Shown piece by piece: positions 61,091-64,000 of a DNA stretch of 64,000 nucleotides; the first letter of the stretch is position 1, and each line of letters begins with the position of its first letter. The notes below the pieces were generated by a model, which was not told the DNA's origin, did no database searches, and saw only the letters and a program-made list of their open reading frames with translations. The stretch is from Callorhinchus milii (taxonomy: Eukaryota). Location of the stretch: assembly GCF_018977255.1 (NCBI RefSeq), contig NW_024704742.1:64916001-64980000 (forward strand). The letters run 5' to 3'. A program made the position numbers and the translations under genes.

Positions 61091-61599
61091 AATTGATAAA
61101 CCATCATCAAGCACGGACAATCCTAAGGCTGAAATATGCTGTAAATGCAATGGAGCAGGAAATTCCAGAGTCCAACTGCAATCACTTACATACATATGCA
61201 AATAATGTTATTAATGCTTCCAACAACAGCAATAAAATTACATTTGTATATCGCCTTTCATCGAAACACTGCATCAATAAAACCAACTCATCAAGCTTAG
61301 GATGTTATCTGTTCCAAATGTCACAGAAGAAATTTCCTGCCTACCTGAAGGGGGAGCGCTGTATAGACGGAGGTGCTGTCCTTCAGGTGAGGTGAGAAGT
61401 CAAACTGAGGTCTCACCTGCCTGTTCCAGTGAATGTTAAAGATCCCATGTTACTGCTCAAAAAGAGAAGGGAGGTTCTCCCGGGGTCCTGGGCCAACAAT
61501 CCCCCAGGTAAAATTTATCATTCACTTCATGGCTGTTTGCATGACACTGCTGTGTTCACCCACAAAACAGTCACTTCTAATTAGAATCCTTACATTTTT

Positions 61600-62116
61600 C
61601 TAAGTTCTCCCAGGTCCACCATCCACCAGGTCCAACTAATACAAAACTCCTCACTCATATCCTGAAACATCCCCGCATGCACATCACCCCACCTCGCAGG
61701 TTCCCTGTCTCCTGAATGCATCAGCCTTAAGCTCTTCACCCTTTCATACGAATTGCTTCATGTGCTACACTTGCCTACCTCCCTGACCTGTTTGTACCCC
61801 ACCTATCTGTCCGCCCTTCGCTCAGCTAACACAGGCCTGCTGTGCCCTCCCGATCTCTCTCCTTCAGTGGCCAAGCCTTCAGCCACTATGGTCCTGATCT
61901 CTGTAACTTCCTGCCTCAATCCCTCCGCCTCAGCCCCTCTTCATCCATCTTTAAATCCCTCCTTAAGATCTACCTCTTCATCCGTGCCTATGGTCATCTC
62001 CCTCTCATCCTTCTCCCATCCTTTCCCCTTGCTCCCCGTCCAACCCCAACATTGTACAATGCCCCAAGACATTATCCTACATGAAGAGTGTAAATATAAA
62101 TGCAAGTTGTTATTGT
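61600..62116 (+). mobile_element. Degenerate L2 3' fragment
   Basis: Similar to the 3' region of the other L2 copies; ends tataaatgcaagttgtt. Confidence 0.65.
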
Positions 62117-62177
62117 TACATTTGATAAAAGCGCCTTTCATGTCTGGAGGATTTCTCAAAGCACTTCACAGGATATA

Positions 62178-62380
62178 TAATAATAATAATAATAATAATC
62201 CTTGCATTTGATATAGCGCTTTTCACGTCGGGAGGACGTCCCAAAGCGCTTCACAGAACACACTGTAAAGTGAATTGACTGTATATTTGTGGGCGAACGC
62301 GGCAGCCAATTGCGCACAGCAATGTCCCACAAACAGTCGTAGATTGAAAATTACCAATTTATTATTGTTTTTGGTTTTGG
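62178..62380 (-). mobile_element. Young 5'-truncated SINE copy
   Basis: CTCCC-loop tail; (TAA)n. Confidence 0.85.
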
Positions 62381-63209
62381 ATTGACTATGTAATATTTTA
62401 ATATGTAAGTGGATTGACTGTGCTTTTGTGGACAAACATGACAGCCAAGTTGCACACAGCAATGTAATACCACTGAGTGAATGTGCAGTGTTATCTGGGG
62501 AATTGTTGGCCATGGCACGGGAGAAGCTCCCTTCTGTTTTTGAGTAGTGCTGGTTTTAGCTGATTTTTAACCAGCTTGTCATTGATAGCACTATCCAGCA
62601 GTGGGAAAGAGAGTGCTCATTCCATTCCAACAATTTATCTCCGGGATTTCCAAGTGTAGGTGGGATACATGGAAATCTCTGTTCTTCCTCCCACTTCCAA
62701 ACACACATAACAACAATGATAACAACAACTTGCATTTAAATAGGGCCCTTCACCCGGGGCATTGTCTCGGAGCGCTTGACACACACACAGACAAAAATTT
62801 GGAATACAAGATTCTCATTTTATCAACCTCAAACACTGACAGTAGCCAGAAATAACTGCATTGTTGCCAGTTCTGTGAATTCTGTCCGCAGTTTAAATAG
62901 GGACATTTCAGTGGGCCAACAGCTCAGGTTCTTGCAAAGCTTCCTGATAACATTAGTGTTTTGCAGCACTTTTTATAGCAGTTGTTGTTAATTGCAGTGT
63001 CTATTTTTGAAGGCAGAAATGCAGAAGCCATTGTGCGCATTCCAAAGTCCTTACATTTCACAGCCCCTGCATTTGATGCAGCACCTTTCACGTGGGAAGA
63101 TGTCCCGAGGTAATGCACATTTTAACGTTTTAATGTCTCATCCCAAGGGGCTTGGCACCCAAGCTGGGGAGGGGAAAGATGACAAAAAGCGCGATTGAAG
63201 CAGATTTAT

Positions 63210-63557
63210 AATAATATAATAATAATAAACCTTGTGTTGATATAGGAACTCATCAAATTGTTGAGACTTCTCAAAAAGCTTCACATAATACATTCTAAAG
63301 TGAATTGACTGCGTATTTTCGGGGTGAAACATGGTAGTAAATTGTGCACAGCAGTGTCTCACAAACTGTCGTGGATTGAGTGTCCAAATTTATTTTTTGG
63401 AGAGGTGGGATTATTATCCGTGGAAAACGATCCACCAATCAACTAACTACCAGGTTCCTACTTATTACTAGATAAACAGAGGCTTGTAGAGTAAGGAAAC
63501 TAACCCTGCTGGGAATCAAACCCAGGTCTTCTCAATTGCGAGACGAGTGCGCTAATA
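63210..63557 (-). mobile_element. Older long-form SINE
   Basis: Full head-to-tail copy. Confidence 0.8.
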
Positions 63558-63838
63558 ACTACGCTACAGAACTCCACGAGTGGTTAGAGCACTCGCTTCA
63601 TGAACACCACTTTTATAAGTGAACACAGCAGCTAATTTGTTACAGCAATAACCCACAGACAACTTTGAAGTGAATGACCAACTTTGCTTGGGTGACTGTT
63701 CGTCAAAATACTATGAGAAACTCGCTTCTCTTTTCGAGCAAAGCCATGGGAACGTTTAACATCCACCTGAACAGGTAGTTGGGACCTAGTTTTAACATCT
63801 CATCCTAAGGACAGTACCTCTAATAACGCAGCACCTGC

Positions 63839-64000
63839 TACAACAACAACTTGCATTTATACAGCGCCTTTCATGTCAGAGGACGTCCCAAGATGCTGAC
63901 AGTGAAGGGCCTGCACCCAAGCTGGGGTTTGGAATCAGAGACAGGTGGAGGGTGGGGAGGGTGGGTGTGGGAAGATGACTGAAGGCATGGTCGAAGAGGA
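63839..64000 (-). mobile_element. L2 3' end (runs off the window)
   Basis: caacaacaacttgcatttatacagcgcctttcatgtcagaggacgtcccaag tail. Confidence 0.7.

Noticed and set aside
3300..63560. Apparent excess of minus-strand SINE copies
   Set aside because: The hand count is too small and fragmentary to claim a strand bias.

Overview
Repeat-dense vertebrate genomic DNA. The repeat repertoire (Deu-domain SINEs, L2 and CR1 LINEs, an abundant tRNA-headed L2-tailed SINE) suggests a cartilaginous fish, probably a holocephalan; this is inference. The only protein-coding gene I can support is SH3BP2 (3BP2 adaptor: PH domain, proline-rich region, SH2 domain) on the minus strand. I assembled 12 coding exons by hand from ATG 28131 to stop 3137. 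All have GT-AG boundaries and consistent phases and give 1527 nt / 508 aa. About 3 kb of probable 3' UTR lies to the left. The 36 kb to the right is probably 5' intron/upstream sequence with low-confidence candidate 5' exons. The best leads are: (1) a SINE/L2 3'-tail stem-loop whose stem is conserved while the loop switches between SINE subfamilies, the youngest matching a local L2; (2) an LTR element with an 18-nt tRNA-Ser PBS that closes about 190 bp later at a second att end, with a 4-bp TSD and a perfect 3x39-bp repeat at its predicted TSS; (3) an unclassified A-tailed repeat family; (4) lineage-specific changes in 3BP2 signalling motifs. There is no evidence for prokaryotic systems, CRISPR arrays or true RNA genes. 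Repeat boundaries are approximate, and comparisons with human SH3BP2 are from memory.
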